Positions 63,907 through 64,000 of a stretch of 64,000 bases of DNA are shown here, piece by piece (the stretch's first letter is position 1; every line of letters begins with the position of its first letter). Under the pieces are notes generated by a model. That model saw only the letters and a list, made by a program, of their open reading frames with translations, was not told the DNA's origin and did no database searches. Made by a program: the position numbers and the translations under genes. Origin of the DNA: an uncultured Gammaproteobacteria bacterium (GTDB lineage Bacteria > Pseudomonadota > Gammaproteobacteria > JAURND01); assembly GCA_963714975.1 (NCBI GenBank), contig CAVQQD010000001.1:352001-416000 (forward strand), in the 5' to 3' direction.

Positions 63907-64000
63907 CTAAAAAGGCAAAGAAAGCGCTGGATCGATAGCCAACATTTGCTCGCGGAAAATAGTTTGGATGCGTTGTAACATGGCTTCATCATCCGCTTCA
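63907..64000 (-). CDS. algC: Phosphomannomutase/phosphoglucomutase C-terminus (partial)
   Basis: Translates EADDEAMLQRIQTIFREQMLAIDPALSLPF*, which matches the AlgC-type tail as I recall it; only 30 aa are visible. Confidence 0.65.
   Translation of the reverse strand, partial: EADDEAMLQRIQTIFREQMLAIDPALSLPF

Overview
Chromosomal region of a Legionellales/Coxiellales-like gammaproteobacterium, inferred from a Com1-like DsbA, a CBU_0592-type membrane protein and PmrA-type promoter boxes. The core backbone is gpsA, rpmB-rpmG, uspA, pldA, queC, plsC, mlaA, pip, ctpA, thyA, recN-nadK, hslUV-argS-hemF-gyrB, recF-dnaN-dnaA, pdxST, tRNA-Met, ispB, rsmE, sdhCDAB-sucAB, trmL, rpoH and the end of algC. 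A probable oriC lies at about 4.15-4.40 kb, roughly 41 kb from dnaA. Accessory content includes a bufferin (MNIO RiPP) cluster, a 3,026-bp transposon built from two inverted IS66 3' ends with an 8-bp target duplication (cargo: MFS pump, RelE/HigA-type TA pair, integrase remnant), an Rpn nuclease with tandemly repeated internal start sites, a FitA/VapC pair and a class D beta-lactamase. Six uncharacterised genes, five of them membrane-anchored and one a PP2C phosphatase with rearranged motif order, share a PmrA-like direct-repeat box exactly 7 nt before a -10 hexamer and are candidate Dot/Icm effectors. At least seven families of short palindromic elements are present, several inserted in frame into proteins. 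Numerous single-base frameshifts in essential genes (dnaA, thyA, sdhA, sucA, pdxST) look like sequencing/consensus errors. All calls were made by eye; no searches were run.
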